Positions 50,544 to 63,388 of a stretch of DNA of 64,000 nucleotides are shown here, in pieces (the first letter of the stretch is position 1; each line of letters begins with the position of its first letter). Source of the stretch: Vicugna vicugna. Taxonomy: Eukaryota. The DNA lies in contig MU057640.1 of assembly GCA_013265495.1 (NCBI GenBank), positions 1,373,303 to 1,437,302 on the forward strand. The letters are read 5' to 3'. The notes under the pieces were generated by a model, which worked only from the letters and a program-made list of their open reading frames with translations, was not told the DNA's origin and ran no database searches. The position numbers were made by a program, and so were the translations under genes.

Positions 50544-53500
50544 AAAGGACTACTTTGAAAAAGATAATTTAAAATGAATTGTTTTGCACTAATAAGTCCA
50601 TGAAAGTTCTTATAAAAAATTTAGGGGGGGTGTAAAACTGGAAAAGACATCTCCCAATGCCATTTTTCCAATATATTAAATCATAAACCTCAGTTACAAC
50701 TTTGCTAAGAGCACTGGCATCATCGACACTGTACTTTTCCAATATTTCTTTAAAAGAGGAGTACCTGGAAAGAAAGTTTAAAGGGGGCCTCACAATGGCA
50801 AATCAGCTAGTGGCCAATATTCCTCCCTCAGATCCAGTTAAACCAAAGCAGTCAAGAGATTTAAATATGACACTCATCAAAACATTTATTCATCATCGAA
50901 AACTCTAGTCAGTCTGCAAATAAATTTTAAGGGGGTATAGTCCTTTAATAGGAAATGAGTTTTCAGCTTTAAAATTTAGACTCAGAATCCACCAGTGACA
51001 TCAGGGCAATCCATATTACTCAGGCGTGTTTCCAGGGCGGCATTGCAACCCCTGCGTCAGGAAATCTTTATCTCACAAAAGGAAAGGAGGAAGAGGCAAA
51101 ATTTTAATCGCCAACATTTATTGACTACCCACTCTCTGCCAGTCACTGATTTAGTGTTTAACTTAACATTAGCTTATCCTCACAAAAGCCTACAAAGCAA
51201 ACAGTATGCCCTGTTTGACAGATAAGCAAAGAAAAGGTCAGAAAATGGAAGAGAAAGTAACTGGCCCAGGAGGGAGAGACCCAAGATCACAAACTCAGCC
51301 CTGCGATTCGGCTCTATTAAAGATTACCAGGATTCAAGCATGCTCGTCTTGCTCTATTTCTGTCACTGCGACATATGTCCACAGCCCCTTACTTGCAATT
51401 CTCAAGTTGAAAGGTAAAAACCAAATTTAAGCAAACACATTTGGCAGCAAAACTGGAGATGAGCTGACATTAATGCTTTTAATTTATTCCTCTGTGAATA
51501 TTCATTTTTTTCCCCTGTGGAAATAGTAATGTGTTTGATTGGGGGGTGCTGCCCCAGATCCCACTGGGAATATTACTATATGGTGCCTGCATTTATTTTA
51601 TTACCCTCCTAAACCTGGACATTTCTCACTGCCCGCTGCCCCCACCCCACATGCTAACTAACCAACAAGGAAGATGCAACAGTTTTTACACGACCCATAG
51701 ATGTGAGACCTCCCTAGGAGTTCTAGAATTGCACAGAACTGACTCTGCCTTACTCTGCCAACTCCAGTGAGTGGAGGCAAAATTCCAAGTCTGAAACTTG
51801 CAAGTAACTGGATCTACTGATATTGGAATCTTTCTAAAACAGCGTACAACCTTGCATTATTGCTACTTCATTTTAATTCTTCACGAACACATTTAGGGTG
51901 TAGTTCATTTTTTTGTGTACCACATGCAGTTAAAAAAGAAAAGAAAAGAATAAAACCTACCGCAACACCACTGGCAGCTGGCCTGCTTCAAAGGTATGGA
52001 TGTGACTAAGGCTTAGAGGGGAACTCCCACAGCTAGAGATTCCATCTTGCCTTTAGAATTGAGCTGTGTACCCTATTAGGTCTCAACAAACGAAAACAGG
52101 ACGGGTGGGCTTTATGTCTATTACAAAAGAGGTCCTTAATATAGCCAGATCCGTACTCTCTCCCTGCAGGGAGAGCTATCCGAGAAGGGAAGCATCTGGG
52201 GAAAGGAAGGACCTTGGAGTCATTTGCTGTTTGCCTCTGTGCCTCCCAGACCAGCCTTCTGATGCGACAAAGTAAAACAAAGGTCATCCTGTTCAGCAGA
52301 AAGTATCACAGTGACAGTGGATTTGTGCATGCCTTTCTAAACTTCTCAGATAAAGGCCTGAGATTTCACTGGGCAACGTTCAAAAGGATTCACTTACACA
52401 TATATAAAGAGAGTTCACTGCGGAGGGAAGATAAGGGAACTTCCCCCCAAGCCCTAGAGAAGCAGAGGACGATGCAAGGACAATGAAACAACGGATTTCT
52501 CATATTCCAGCGGACTCCACCTACAGACAGGAGCACAGACTGGCTTTGGCTTGTTGTGAAAGGAAGGCTCCGTTAAGGGGATTAGGACATTTGTTAGAAT
52601 GCCCAGTTTCCTCTGGTTTGAACTATACCAAAGGTCAGGGCTCTGTCCTCGGAGGTGTCACTATGCCTGCATCCTTGGTTTCCACTGCAATTAAATCAAG
52701 GTAGGTAGCATTCTCGGAACTCAGGCTCCAAGAATCCTTAGTTAGCAACCATATTCCCTGACAGAAGATGAGACGTTGTTAAGGAGGATTTATGTAAATG
52801 TAATAAGGAACATTTTAAGAGAAAGAGCATATGTAAAGGGAGTTAGAGCTATGGTTTGGGGGTTTTGAATTGTTATGAAGTTATATAAAACAGCATTTTC
52901 TCAGACACGCAAACACATCTGTATGGGTTCGTGTATATGAATATATAATACTTTTACGTAGTGTTCAAAATAGAGTTACGATTATGCCAGACACCATCTT
53001 GGAGGCTGTAGTCTATCCACAGTTGAGGGATTTGCTTTTGGATAATCGTGGAGTCACGCTACACAACTTCATACTTGCACATCAGCTGTTCCTCTGGAGC
53101 ACTGATGGAGGTGTCTGGACACTCACCAGATTTTGTACTGTAAAAAGTGATGAGGGTCAATCCTACAGGACAGAGGTTATATCTGAGATAAAAGTCTTGA
53201 ACCTCAATAAAGAGTGTCTTTCAGCATCCACCAAAAGTGACGTGGGTTCCCACAGCTGGGAACCAACAGTACATAAAACTGCTCTTCCTTTCACAGAATA
53301 GGCGCTTCGACACAGAATCAAAGGGACAGGTACTGAAAAATGACTGACACAGCCCTGAGATCCTGGGAAGACGGATGACAAAGTCAGAGTAGAAAAGATT
53401 TGAATAACCAAGTTCTCAGAGACCTCTTGACAAGTTCCACATTGTCACCTCTTCTCCCGCGATATCACGACCAGAGGAAGGCCACTGAGGGTGGCACAGA

Positions 53501-53619
53501 CCATGAGAACAACCCAGTTCTTCGTTTCTTACAAAATCTTTTAAATTGTCTGATTTAATCCAGAGGTTTACAATAATCACTGCGAGGTATTTTACCGTAC
53601 AGCAATTCTCAACGTGTGG

Positions 53620-54220
53620 GCCATGAATCCCCGATGAGTGCCTGAGCTTTGTTCTGGGACACAGTTATTTGGCCATAGTTCCACCTTTCCAGTTCTTACT
53701 CTTAAGCTATGATAGGTCTTCTCAGTGCAGTGTTTAATTCGAGGACAATTTTGCCCCGCGACCGAGGCAAAATCGTTCTGCGACTTTACCCGACGCCATG
53801 TGAACAATGAGCAGAAACTGTTCTCAGCCAGGCAGAGGTCTGAGGATTTGCACCCCTCAATCTGAGAGTGGTTCTTACTCTGGCCTCAAAGAGTCTCCTC
53901 AAATACACGGATTTATCAGTGCTCAGCCCTGCACACGCTGGTCTCCTTTACCTCCCTGGACTCACATCTCAGTCTCCTTGGGCTTCACCCAGGCGCCCCT
54001 CCCTGCGCCGCAGCCTGGAAACAATTCAGGCAAAAAGCTGGTGCCATCTTACTGTCTGTCTGTTTCCCACCTCCCAGCGATCACTGTCCTTCTCTGCCTG
54101 CTGTCCAACATGGTAAGTACCACTGCTTCATGGCTGGGTCTGGTTTTGAAAAGTTGTTTCAGGTGGGAAGGTAACTCTAGCCCCTCTTTCTTCACTTTGG
54201 CAGGTAGCAGAAATCTGTCT
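53620..54220 (-). mobile_element. Ancient L1M (L1MC/MD-type) 5' region
   Basis: The minus strand reads ttcccacctgaaacaac...aggacagtgatc...tgggaaaca...tttccaggctgcggcgcagggagggg...gtcccagaacaaagctca, typical of old L1 5' ends. Confidence 0.7.
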
Positions 54221-54599
54221 TCATGCAAAAATTCACTTTCTCGGTGTACATTCACTATTGGGCATTACTATAGAGCAGTATATTACTATACTGCTGGCAT
54301 ATATTATTGTTTCTGAGTAGTAACCTGCAAGTCTTGAAGGCATACAATTCAGTGAATTCTAGTGCACCTCCACCACAATCAAAATACAGAACAATTCCAT
54401 CGCCCCAAGTTTCCTGGTTTCCCACTTGCCATCCACCCCTGCATCAACTCACAACCTCAATCCCTGTACTGTCTCCCCCGCCACTGGAAACTGGTTTTGC
54501 CTACATTTTTAAAGAACATTTTTGCTGGGTAAAATCCACAGTGAGAGTTCTTCTCTTTCAGCATTCTAGAAACGTCTTTGTTCTTTCCACTTTTCAGAT

Positions 54600-54680
54600 T
54601 CACGCAATGCACAAGGTTCTTAGTTGCAGTGAATAAGAAGAAGGAACCTAATGCCTCCCCCTCCCCCGCCAAAAAAAGAA
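54600..54680 (+). mobile_element. Partial tRNA-derived SINE tail
   Basis: gcacaaggttct...aacctaatgcctccccctcccccgccaaaaaaa resembles the tails of the 8732 and 14084 SINEs. Confidence 0.5.
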
Positions 54681-55334
54681 TAGGGAAAAAATACATCTAC
54701 TCTGTATCCCCAGAAACAAAAGTCTAAATGTATTAAAAAACAAAAAACAAACCAAAAAACCCTTTCATCCAGTGTTTCTGGTTATTCTCAGTGGGTGGGC
54801 TGATCTGAGGCAAATCACTCTACCAGTACTGGACCCGGAGACCTTGGTCCTTTTTTCACATCCTCATGATTCACACTGATGGCATTTACTTTGGCTTGTT
54901 CTTCATAAACATGACAATTCTCTGAACTACTTCCTAGAGATTTTTTGCTAGACTGTCCTCCCAAAAAATGACAAAGAGAATGGAAAAACTCAGTGTTAGT
55001 TAGAAAAATGCTAGTTAGAAAATTTATCCTCATTAGAAATTACCAAAAACAATCAAATTGCTTTAAAAAATGACATACGGATACTGGGTAGGAAAATGAT
55101 AAAAAAAAAAAAAACCAACCTGATAGAGATGCTGTCAAAATTGTTTATATACACATGCACAGACATACTCTAGTCTTTTTTTATCTTTGGCCTAATGTAA
55201 AGGAAATAAACAATATCTTATCTAATAATATGCTGTACAAAAGTTCTCACAAAAATAGAAAGCTTCATATTAAGTATTAAATTAATGATAAGTGTACTTG
55301 TGTTGATTTGACATTAAGATGAATTTCAGTTACC

Positions 55335-56060
55335 CAGGAAAAGGCTCTTCGTTGAAGCATTGTTTGCAATAGGAAAAGACTAGAATCAGCCCGAATGCCT
55401 GTTAATAGAGAAACTGATGAAATAAACTACAGAACGGTTTTAAGTGTAGGAAGCCAGAAAAAGAAAGAAAAATGCCACATGACATCACTTATATGTGGGA
55501 TCTAGGAAAAAAGGACACAAATGAACTTATTTACAAAACAGAAATAGACTCGCAGACATAGAGAACAAACTTACGGTTACCAGGGGTTAAATCAAGTGGG
55601 AAGGGATAAACTGGGAATTCGAAATTTGTACCTCTTGGGGAGTGGTGGAAATGTTAGCTATCTTGATTATGGTAGTGGTTTCATAGGTGTATACATCTAT
55701 CAAAATTCATCAAAATGCACATCTGAAATATGTGTTTACTATACAGGAATTATACCACAATAAAGGTGTTAAAATATATTATGCAGCTGTAAAAGCAGTA
55801 GGAAAGCTTTCTGTGCACCAGCACAGAAAGATCTCCAAAATATATTACTAAGTGAAAAAGCAAGTGTCTACAGCATGCTATTTTTTGTATAAGAAAAAGG
55901 GAAATAAGACTACCTACGCAAGAAACATAGGAATACACAAGAAACTAATAAAAGTGATAACTACAGGGGAGGAGAGAGGTGAGGGGTGGGAACAGAGTGC
56001 AAACGGAATCCCTCAGTGGAGACACTTTGAACTGTCTGAAGATATTAGCTACTTAAGTCC
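55335..56060 (+). mobile_element. Composite L1 cluster (old L1ME-like fragment interrupted by a hybrid L1 3' end)
   Basis: Three distinguishable L1 3'-region sequence types in tandem. Confidence 0.7.
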
Positions 56061-57229
56061 TGCAGGAAAAGAAACTTTTTGTTTTAAAGCTGAATTTAAA
56101 GCACAATCCACAATTTAAAGTCAAGAAGACTGAAATATCTGCAATCAGTTCCTCTGTTTGTTTTTTGCTTTTTGGTTTTTTTTTTGGCTTATGAACCAAA
56201 GAATCCTCACTGCAAGTCTTGGCCATGCTGAGCTCCGTCAACGCAAACTGCAGTCCTACTGCAGCCAAATGTCTCCCGAACGCTACTGCTGCCAGTCATG
56301 CTCATCATAAATCTTACCACCGGAAAGGACTCCAGCCAGCACTCCACCCAGCCTCACCCAGGCAAAAGGGCATGGAGAGCTGGTGCAGTCATTACTTGTG
56401 AACACACAAGACCAAGTGGCCAAGGCCACGGCCTTCTTTCCCTGACCTGCTGACTGCTGTGTGCATTTCTTGCTGATAATGTACACAGGGAATCAGTCTG
56501 GTGGCCAGATGAACTTTAAAACATGCGTTAGCTGATAGTATAAGCTACAAGAAGACTGAAATTTCAGGAATGGTGATTGTTCTGCCAAGTCTTCATTCAC
56601 ACAAAATGGATTTTGGAAAACATGTCTTCCCTGGGGTTCATTCTTTAAATCCAGCTGCCTGAATCAAAGAAGAAAGTGGCTGATCAAATCCACTTATCCT
56701 CAATAAAATAATGCACCAGGGCAATGAACAGACTCCTTCAGCAGAGAATTTCATTTGTGCCCTTAATCAAAGGAACAGTGCCATTCATTACCAAATAAAC
56801 ACTGCTTCTTTCCTTACATCTATTCTTGAGATATATCTTGCAGACCTAATTAGTTATGACTACTTTTCTCCTTTAACCTCAATAACTTCAAGGGTAACAT
56901 ATTAAAGAATACAGAACCCAATATGTATTTTCATGTCTTTATATTTTTAATTAAGTATCTAGAAAAACAGCAGAGACACTCATTTAGGTGAAATCACTAC
57001 TAGGTACATGAAACTTGACATTTCCTAATGAAAACAGGTCTTCCAATTTTCTCTACTGCAAACTGGCAATTGGACTTTAAATATTTTTAGGCTCTATTCG
57101 AGGCTGATTTGGGTTTAACATGTTATACTTAATACTGGGCACTGAAGCCTGCAGCAGTAAAACTCAGGAGTCAACTTTCCAGCTTCTTATCCCACTCAAG
57201 GGGAGGGGCAGAGAGGACGGTGTCCTGGG

Positions 57230-57425
57230 TGAGAATGGGGGCTCTGGAGTCTGAATGGCTGGATATAAGTGTGCTCTGGGGGTCCTTCAGTCTTTTTGTG
57301 CCTCCGTGCTCTTGACGGCAAAGCAAGAGCAATAATAGCGTCTACGTCAAAGGATTCTAAGGATTAATTAAAATAATTCATGTAAATTGCTTCACACAGT
57401 TCCTGGTTTAGTCACTGCTCAATTG
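57230..57425 (+). mobile_element. MIR SINE
   Basis: gggctctggagtctgaatggctgg...ggattaattaaaataattcatgtaaa...acacagttcctgg. Confidence 0.6.
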
Positions 57426-58811
57426 AAGAAAAAGGTCTATTTTTATTACTGCCTCACCCTCCTGCCTGCCCAGCGGGACGGACTGCTGTCCCATAACCAC
57501 ATTCTGTGCTTTTCCCCTGCTGTACTTTGTTCTTACTGTTCTGAGCCCAGACCACCATACTGCTTATTCTCTGGCCTGATGACAGGTCCGTTTCATCCCG
57601 GTCCATCTAACCAACCATGACTGGGCCCCAATGGCTTGTACCTCCACTGCTCTGTTTGCAGGTCTCGTATTTAACTCATTATGTTAAACTAACCTTTCAT
57701 GACAGTAATTTATGAACTTGTCTCCTGCACAGGTAAGGACTATGTCTCACCAGCCTATTTATTTTCTACAGTATTTAATAATCTGCAGAGTGGTTACTCA
57801 GTAACATTTATTGGATTTGAAACAGTCCTGCTTACTTATGAAAGTAAGCGTAATGTATTATGCCACACTTCACAGCAGCTTTCTCACAGGATGCTTATAA
57901 AGATTAAATGAGATAATGCATGTAAAGGGCCACTGATGAGTTATTATTTTATCATTACCAACCTCAGCTAATATTTCTTCAGTGTTCACCATGCGCCTGG
58001 CATGGCACTAAGTGTGCCACACGTGAATTCCTTGAAACAGCCCTGGCATAATGGCCTTTCATTTCCCTTGCACAGAGCAGATGAGATAAAGGTTGTTTTG
58101 AATGACTGATGTTCTGATACAGTAAATTGAAAAGTAATGGAATTAGCCATATTATTAAAAAGTTGGCTTGAATAGATGATGAAATTCCTGTTTCACAGTG
58201 GAGTTTTGAGTATCAAGATAATTTGAGATATGCAAAAATATATGAAAATGCGCACATCTTAAAAACAAAAGACAGCACTGTGCAAATGTGTATCCAGTGG
58301 TCAGAATGTCTGAGGGAAAACGGCACTGAGAACTTTGGAAAGCCTCAGTCCTCTCAGTTGTAAAATAGGCCAATACCTAGAACCTGCTGCTCAGGGGAGC
58401 CATGAGGATTAAATCAGATGGTGCTGGTAAAGAGCTTAGAACAGTGTAATAAGTAACCATATACATGTAGCTAATGTGTTTTCATCCTAAGAGATGCTTT
58501 CAATTGTCTGAAAAGTGAAGATCTAGGACCACGATGGATAAACTAAATCCAGAGTTGATCCAAATTTGCTGGGTCACAAACTGTTCTAAATTCTTGACAC
58601 TGTGAAATCATTGGCAGGTTATTTCATCTTCTTACTGCCTTTTAGATGATAATGGAAATGGACATCAATCAATAGTGAAAGGCCCAGGAAAGAATCAGCA
58701 AGGAGAATGGGGAAGTCTGGATAAGCCACAAAGCATATAATCATTATCTAAAACTTTGGAATTAAAATGCCTATTTCAGTTTCTATATACCTATCAGAGA
58801 TGAGTCAAATG

Positions 58812-58930
58812 AAAATAAATTTTTATATTTATATTATAAATATAAATAAATTATATTTATTTATTATATTACATATAATTATATATAAATTATATATTAT
58901 GTTATCTTTTATATTATATGGATATAACTT
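58812..58930. repeat. AT-rich low-complexity tract
   Basis: Almost exclusively A/T. Confidence 0.85.
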
Positions 58931-60924
58931 AAATTTGTTCTTCTGTTCATTCCAGCTTTTAAAAGTGGTAAAATGAAAAGGATAAAAAAAAAGCACCAAA
59001 GATCTGAAAGGCAAAATGCCACAATACAGCAAGCAAATAGTGTTTTCTTTTTCCAAGTGTTAACTGTGTAAGCTGTCTAAAGCAGAAAAGATTTTAAAGG
59101 AATCATTTACAAAATTTAAAGGGAGATGGAGGTGTCCTTTTAGTCAGTCCAGTTTCTTGGTATTCATATTACGGATCTCTTTAAATATAAGAATGTACAA
59201 AGCAGGAAATTTCAAAAAATGATGCAGATGAAAACCAAAAATGCTCTGCAATGACTCAAATGCATAATCTACTGCACTTATGAGCATTTCTTTTTGAAAA
59301 TCTGTATTTGTAAAGGCACCAGAATAAGTTTCTCAAAAGGATTCCAAGGCGTTAATAAAATTTCCTACCCCAAAAATGACTCCCCAGACTAAACACCTAA
59401 GTACGTGCAGTGTCTGTTTTTTATCAGAATAATCCTGGCTTTGAATGTTATGAAGATAGAAAAGAGGGGCCAAGTGGTGGTGTCCTTTAGCGGAGATACA
59501 GAGCTGTTCATGCAGAATAGCAGGTTTTAAAAGTCTAGATTCTACTGCCTAGTTAAATTTCCAACATAAAACTGGGGAGACTCACCTAGAGTACCAAAAT
59601 TTTCATTTTGCCGAGAAGGCATAAAGAAAACAACTGAAATATACTATCATCAATAATTTATGAAGGAAAGGATATTTTAATATTCCCCAAGAATCAGAAG
59701 CCCATCATTTCAGAATAATGGGCAGTTTTGTGAATTAAATAAATGTACCTTTAAGTTAAACTCATTATAGGTTTCTTATTTTTCTGTATTGATAGGACTA
59801 TAAAGTGCTTATCACAGAGCGGCCCCACCTGTGATCCAATGTTTTATAGCCACTAGAAGAGGATATGGGATGTGCCAGAGATCCCATAAAATGTCTATAA
59901 CTGGGGCACCCATTTTAAAATTTAATGTGGATCAAACAAAGGGGCAAGGAAAATAAATACCTCCTTTACACAAAATAATCTGTTCTAATGCTGGATTTAG
60001 AATATTCAGAGTATGATTACATTATCAATGTCCAAATGTTGTTCTCCTCGAAAACCATAGTAACTGAAAAGACTGCATCTGTAAAGCTGAAGCTAATCAT
60101 CATCTTTCTGCTCTTCCTTTGTTAGAATAAATGCTGAAAATATTTAACAGAAATCAGTGCCCCAAATAGTTACGTTTATGTATCAGTAGTCTTCTGAAGC
60201 ATTCAAAGTGCTCACATTTACATGTTATAAACATGGACATTCGCAGCCTGCTTGAAATTTATGTACGGAATAACTAGCTGTGCTTAACCACACGTGAAAT
60301 GAATGGACAAAAAGAGCAATGATTAGAATAGTTACGCCCAACTACTGGGTTCCTAATATGTTCCTATTGGCTGAATTAAAAGGAAGAATATACCTTGAAA
60401 CTGATTTTTTTTGAACTCCCATTCATTTTAATAAAATTCAAATATTTGCTTAGTTAAGAAAATACCATCAAGATTTGTTCACAGAATGGCATTCAATAAT
60501 GAGGCCAATTTTACTTTTGGGAGAACTTTCTAAAAATGCATGGTAAAGCTAATCACTCAGTGCTAGGATGCAATATGGCTGAAATGGTCAAGGGAAGAGT
60601 TAAAGTAAGAGTGTATGAATACGACATCTGACAAAACTAGCCCATGTGCTCAAATGACTCCAAGAGGAATGTGGATACACTGCCTGGGTGGTGGATTTTC
60701 CAGATCACAGTGTTGCATTCTCTGCTCCTCTGCTGCCTCGATATGGATCTTCCTCTCCCTCATTTGCGTCCTGACCAACAGCCCCATGTTAGGGCATGGG
60801 GAGCATGGGGGTGAGAAAATGGTCAGCACTGGGACCCAAATTTTTATAATTATGAATTTTGTATTAAGAAATCTTGGCTAAAATAACATCTTTGGTGGTA
60901 CTAATGGACAAAAAATTAAAGCTT

Positions 60925-61125
60925 TTAAGAATGGTGTGGTGCAGGCTTTGAACTTACTGTGTGCACTAGACTCACTACTTCAGCTCTCTGTGCCTCAGAT
61001 TTGTCTCTACAATGGGGATGATAATGGTACCACTCTCCTGGGGCTGGGACGTGAATTGGGACATGTTAAGGTACTTAAAACAGAGCCTGGTGAATATGTT
61101 CACTAGTGTTAGCTATTATTACTGC
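60925..61125 (+). mobile_element. MIR SINE
   Basis: ctctctgtgcctcagatttgtctctacaatggggatgataatggtacc...ttaaaacagagcctgg...gttagctattatt. Confidence 0.65.
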
Positions 61126-61373
61126 CGTTATATTGCTATTACTTACTCCTGGCGTACTTGAAAAAATTCACTGCATTTAGGGGAGACTACCAAAAGAGCT
61201 GAACATTGTTTAAGTACCGTATTAATTAACTCTGACATAGAGAATTTCATCAGGAGAGATGTTCGGAGTTCACAGAGTTAAAAAAGAAAATGAGTAATTG
61301 CAAAGAGAAGCTCCTTCGCTATAAACGAACGGTATAGAAATATCCAGGTCCGTATTCTGGAAGCCAGACTCAC

Positions 61374-61562
61374 CCCCTGTTCATCCAGTTTCATGAGCTG
61401 CTCCGTGACTTTGGGAGTGTTGAAGGCCAACCGCAGGCACTGGACGTTGAGCTCGGGAATCACGTGCTCCAGCACTTCCTTCAGGGGCAGCCCCCGGGCT
61501 GTCGAGTGCTTGGCCGTTGAGGGAACGGCATCCTCCAGCACTGAGCCTCTCAGGGTCATGAG
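61374..61562 (-). CDS. SIPA1L1: SIPA1L1 exon A (189 nt, phase 0-0), region preceding the RapGAP core: [11 protein letters not shown]...LMKLDEQG
   Basis: Acceptor ctctcttctAG|CTC and donor GGG|GTGAGT; lies within ORF 61278..61559. Confidence 0.96.
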
Positions 61563-63303
61563 CTAGAAGAGAGACCCACGCTCCAGTGAGATGAGTAAAG
61601 ACATCAAAGGCACTGAAAGGTCCGACCGAGGTCCCCCTTAGTGGGCTGAGAATGCCACTTGATTGGTTAAGCCAGTGAGGGAGGAAGGATGAGGGAAGAG
61701 ACATAAGATTCTTTATAGATGAGAAACGAGGCCAACCCTTTCAAGAAGACCCAGGCGAGTCCTAAGGGACTCATAATGCAGCCTTCTAAGGACATTTCCT
61801 TAAATGCCAAATACAGTACCTACTTCCTTGAGGGGCTCAGTAAGATCAAGGTCTCCATATGGCTACACAATGCCGCTAACACACTAACCAGGAAATTAAT
61901 AGCCCAGAGATCATCTGAAGACTAACTGCTTACAATTTAGATGTTACACCTTTTTGACTTATAAAAGGTAAGGGTGGGAGGAGATTATGTTCTGTAATGT
62001 CCTGCTGACAAGCTTAAACTTACATGTGAGCTTAAACTCATATCCCTGAATGCCTGCAACAGGACAATGATTATAGTCAGTGCCGCAGCAGCACAGTCAA
62101 CAGCATTTAAAGTTGCTCTGCATTTTCCTTTTTCCCTTGAGATACCCTCTATTATTATGAAATATAAACATAAGCAAAGAAATTTCCTTAAGTAATGATG
62201 ACTTGTGGAAGCAAAGTGAACCAGACACGAAGCCTCAAGTCGTCTTCATTTTCAAAAATCTGCACATGGCTAAGTTGTTAGTATAGTTTAAACTCTGCAA
62301 GAGGACTTGAGGAAAAAACCCATTAAGTTGAATGAAGTTCCATGAAGCGTGTAGGTAATGCGGCTTTGTACCGTGATGGGAGTAAATCTCGAGGGCTGGG
62401 TGTGGCGTCTAAGAGGGTGAGAGGTAAGAAATACATGATTTAGGAGGATATATTAACTAAGAGAAGTTTCACAAGGTCAGGTTCTAGGAAGAGTCCAAAG
62501 GCAGAGAGTGGACTGCAGAGGCTCAGGGCATAAGGAAAGGCCCTCGTGGAATGAGTGGCATTAGAAAGGGGCCTTGAAGTCTAGGACAAATTCTACGAAA
62601 AGACAATGTCAGAGAGCAAAGGTATGGAGATGAGACAGAGCAGGATGTGAGCAGGAAAGAGACTGGATGTTTCCTATGGGGAATTCTATATATATATATA
62701 AGCATTCCTTAGCTGATTCTAAGAGAGCACGAGGGAGCAGAGGGTGGAGAAGCTGTGAGGGGGTGGGAAAGGGTGGGTCACGTGTACCCCGAGGGGCGGG
62801 CCCCTCATCGGCCTCAGCTGGCCATCTCGAGCTTGTCTGCATGGGGACAACGATGGAAGGAAAGTCAGCTGGCAAACAGGGTGAACTGCACAAGGAAGAA
62901 ACTGCAGGCAGAGGAAGGATACAGTGAGGAGGAAGCTCTAACAGTCTTCAGGCAACAGGCAAAGAGGGCGTGATACAGGGTTAGCAGGGAAAACGGAAGC
63001 CAAAGGAAGAATCATCAGGGAAGTAAAATCTGTAACATGTGCCAACTGATGGAGAAGAGAGATGGGGGAGGAAGAGCCAAGGTTACCCGCCTGTGACTCT
63101 CGGGTCAAGAAAACGGGGCTTGGGGTCTTTGCACTCTATTCCCTTCACTTACAATTTGTTTTCAACTACTGCTTGTGTACGAAACGTCATTTTCCTGTGA
63201 CTTAATATCTAATTTGAGAGAAACAGTTTTTGTTTTGTTTTTTAAATCACAGGAAACGGCGGAACAACTCTCACGCTCCTCCTCCCACAAGGTAACGCTT
63301 GCT

Positions 63304-63388
63304 GGGGGACAGGAGGCCGTGGGGGTGACTCATGCAGGGGGACAGGGGGCTGCAGGGGTGACGCGTACCAGGGGACAAAGGACTGCAG
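63304..63388. repeat. 33-bp G-rich minisatellite, about 2.6 degenerate copies
   Basis: gggggacaggaggccgtgggggtgactcatgca / gggggacagggggctgcaggggtgacgcgtacc / aggggacaaaggactgcag. Confidence 0.75.

Noticed and set aside
53807..54316. 169-aa ORF and a plus-strand ATG|GTAAGT donor-like motif
   Set aside because: They lie within the reverse complement of an ancient L1 5' region; no evidence of coding function.
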